DNA from: Vitrella brassicaformis CCMP3155
Taxonomy: Eukaryota; Protista; Chromerida
Assembly: GCA_001179505.1 (NCBI GenBank)
Contig: CDMY01000305.1
Location: 456,233 to 520,232 of the forward strand
Length of the DNA stretch: 64,000 nt
Reading direction: 5' to 3'
Shown: positions 62,523 through 64,000 of the stretch, piece by piece
How positions within the stretch are numbered: the first letter of the stretch is position 1
Layout: the number at the start of each line of letters is the position of its first letter
The notes under the pieces: generated by a model
Seen by the model: only the letters and a program-made list of their open reading frames with translations
What the model was told of the DNA's origin: nothing
Database searches by the model: none
Position numbers and translations under genes: made by a program

Positions 62523-63524
62523 GGAGAGAGGGACTGTGTGCATCAATTGTCCATGTGTGTGTGTGTAATTCGGGGGCGGTGCGTACACTTCGATGAGCGT
62601 CACTGCGTCGGGCCAGCCCTTGTACTCAAGCGGCACACGCAGAATGTCCCCTACATCCACACACACACACAGCGCGACACGAGCATCCACTCGAGCACCC
62701 ACACGTCCACCCAGCAGCCCTCTGTGTCGTCTCAGTCTCACCTTTGAGCAGCTTCAGCCTGAGCGGAAAGTCCCGCCGCCACGCCACACACAGGTGCCGA
62801 CCGAACGGGGCCACACACCACTGGCAGACACGCACGCACGCACACCCCACAATGCAATGCAGCCAGCGATGTCCAAATCACATCCACGCCTCCTTCTCTG
62901 CATGTGCGCGGCGTCTATGCCATGCTCACTCACTCCCTCCCTCCCTCCCTAACTCACCCTGTCGCTGTCGAAGAGGGCATTCTCGTCGGTATCGACGCCA
63001 ACCTGACACAAACCACCACATACCACACCACACCACGGCATACAAGGCGCATCGCATGCACTCGTGGATCTGATCTGGTCTGGTCTGGTCGGTTGGTCTC
63101 ACCACTAGTACACTATCGGTGTCGAGGGCGTTGTTCAGGCCGATACGGCCCAGCAGCTTCCCCTCGCCACAGCCCAGATCAACAACCTGACATCAATGAC
63201 AACCACACCACACCACACTGCGATCCCCTCAATCCCACCTCCCCCGCCACGCACCTTGTGAGCTCCACACGCTTCCAGAAGGTCGATAGCCAGCCGCATT
63301 CGCTGCAGCCATACCGGGCTGCTGAATTTCACCCCTCCTTTGCCGCCCTTGGACGGGCTCCCGCTCCCCTCCTCGAGAGTCAGCTCGCTGATGCTCTTGT
63401 CGATGCCGTCGATGAGCAGCGCGCCGGCCTTGTCAGCGGCATCGCTGCCGCGTGCAGGAGGTCCGCCTGGGTGGAGAGGGTCAGACTTACGACTGGGACC
63501 GGGAGCCGTCGTAGCGACGTCCAT
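60728..63524 (-). CDS. HEN1: Small RNA 2'-O-methyltransferase HEN1 (short HENMT1-like form) with acidic GW-repeat C-terminus
   Basis: VKFSSPVWLQRMRLAIDLL, VVDLGCGEGKLL (SAM motif I), VGVDTD, TLIE|...IEHL, IFGDLCP...LVTTPNKDFNPLF, RHSDHKFEWTRQEFQ|EW (~62254-62209), YGCCTQCAVFRR; TGA 60728. Confidence 0.93.
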
Positions 63525-64000
63525 TCTTCCAGATGTTCTACTACCTATACCGAACCTTCGAAGCTGTACTCGACTCGACGAAGCAAATACATGACTAAGC
63601 TCGCGTTTTAGGGCTTTGAGGTAACGGAAAGCGACCAGATCGTCTGATCTCGAGTCTACCGGGCATCAAGACCATCCATTCACGCAGGCAAGAGAGCAAA
63701 GTGCAGGCGGGATCACTATTGCAAGCAGCTGGGGACTCATCGCACAGAAGAAAGGCAGCATCAAGTCACACCACACGACACACACGCACACTGCAGAAAC
63801 CACACCACCGAGGCAGGCATGCCACACGCCATACACCAACGCGCACGCACCAGACTACCTGTGGGAGAAACTGTCATTAACCGTAACACTCGTCTGTGTG
63901 TCCGTGATACTCATACAAATACAGTCCCATCAGCACGCAGAGTCAAACAGGCTCAAGGGGAGGAGGGATCAATCCCCGCCCCATCAGCACACCCCAGTCC

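Larger units (their letters stand above)
1..64000. repeat. Pervasive intronic and intergenic microsatellites: (CA/GT)n, (GACA/TGTC)n, (GGAT/ATCC)n, (GA)n
   Basis: Examples: 4532-4560 (CA), 8617-8641 (GT), 22235-22264 (GT), 33605-33630 (GACA), 51536-51558 (GGAT). Present in most introns. Confidence 0.95.

Noticed and set aside
63590-64000. Possible 5' end of a plus-strand gene at the window edge
   Set aside because: The ATG at ~63591 closes after six codons and downstream exon candidates are too short to support.

Overview
Eukaryotic, GC-rich, intron-dense nuclear DNA with short spliceosomal introns full of (CA/GT)n, (GACA)n and (GGAT)n microsatellites. This style, a plastid-type gyrase with a bipartite presequence and an expanded ankyrin family point to a chromerid alveolate, most likely Vitrella brassicaformis (inference; no search run). 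Most ORFs in the supplied track are exon fragments or antisense shadows, so gene models were rebuilt by hand from GT/GC-AG junctions and outer coordinates are approximate. About 19 genes were found: CCDC112-like, several coiled-coil or low-complexity proteins, an ankyrin/coiled-coil/RING E3 interrupted by an in-frame TAG, a GAF-type cyclic nucleotide phosphodiesterase, an MFS transporter, an FG-repeat nucleoporin candidate, MAD1-like, a TTL/ATP-grasp-like protein, a RING-CH (MARCH-like) membrane E3, plastid GyrA, an SDP1/TGL-type patatin lipase, two inverted ankyrin paralogs enclosing a divergent gene pair, and HEN1. The most striking part is 48.7-63.5 kb. A ~3-4 kb inverted duplication encloses a membrane-anchored coiled-coil protein fused to an isolated, lidless Hsp70 substrate-binding domain. 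Next to it lies a short-form HEN1 whose acidic tail carries a GGWGGWGGWG candidate Argonaute hook. There are five 300-N assembly gaps. No rRNA, tRNA, CRISPR or transposase was found.
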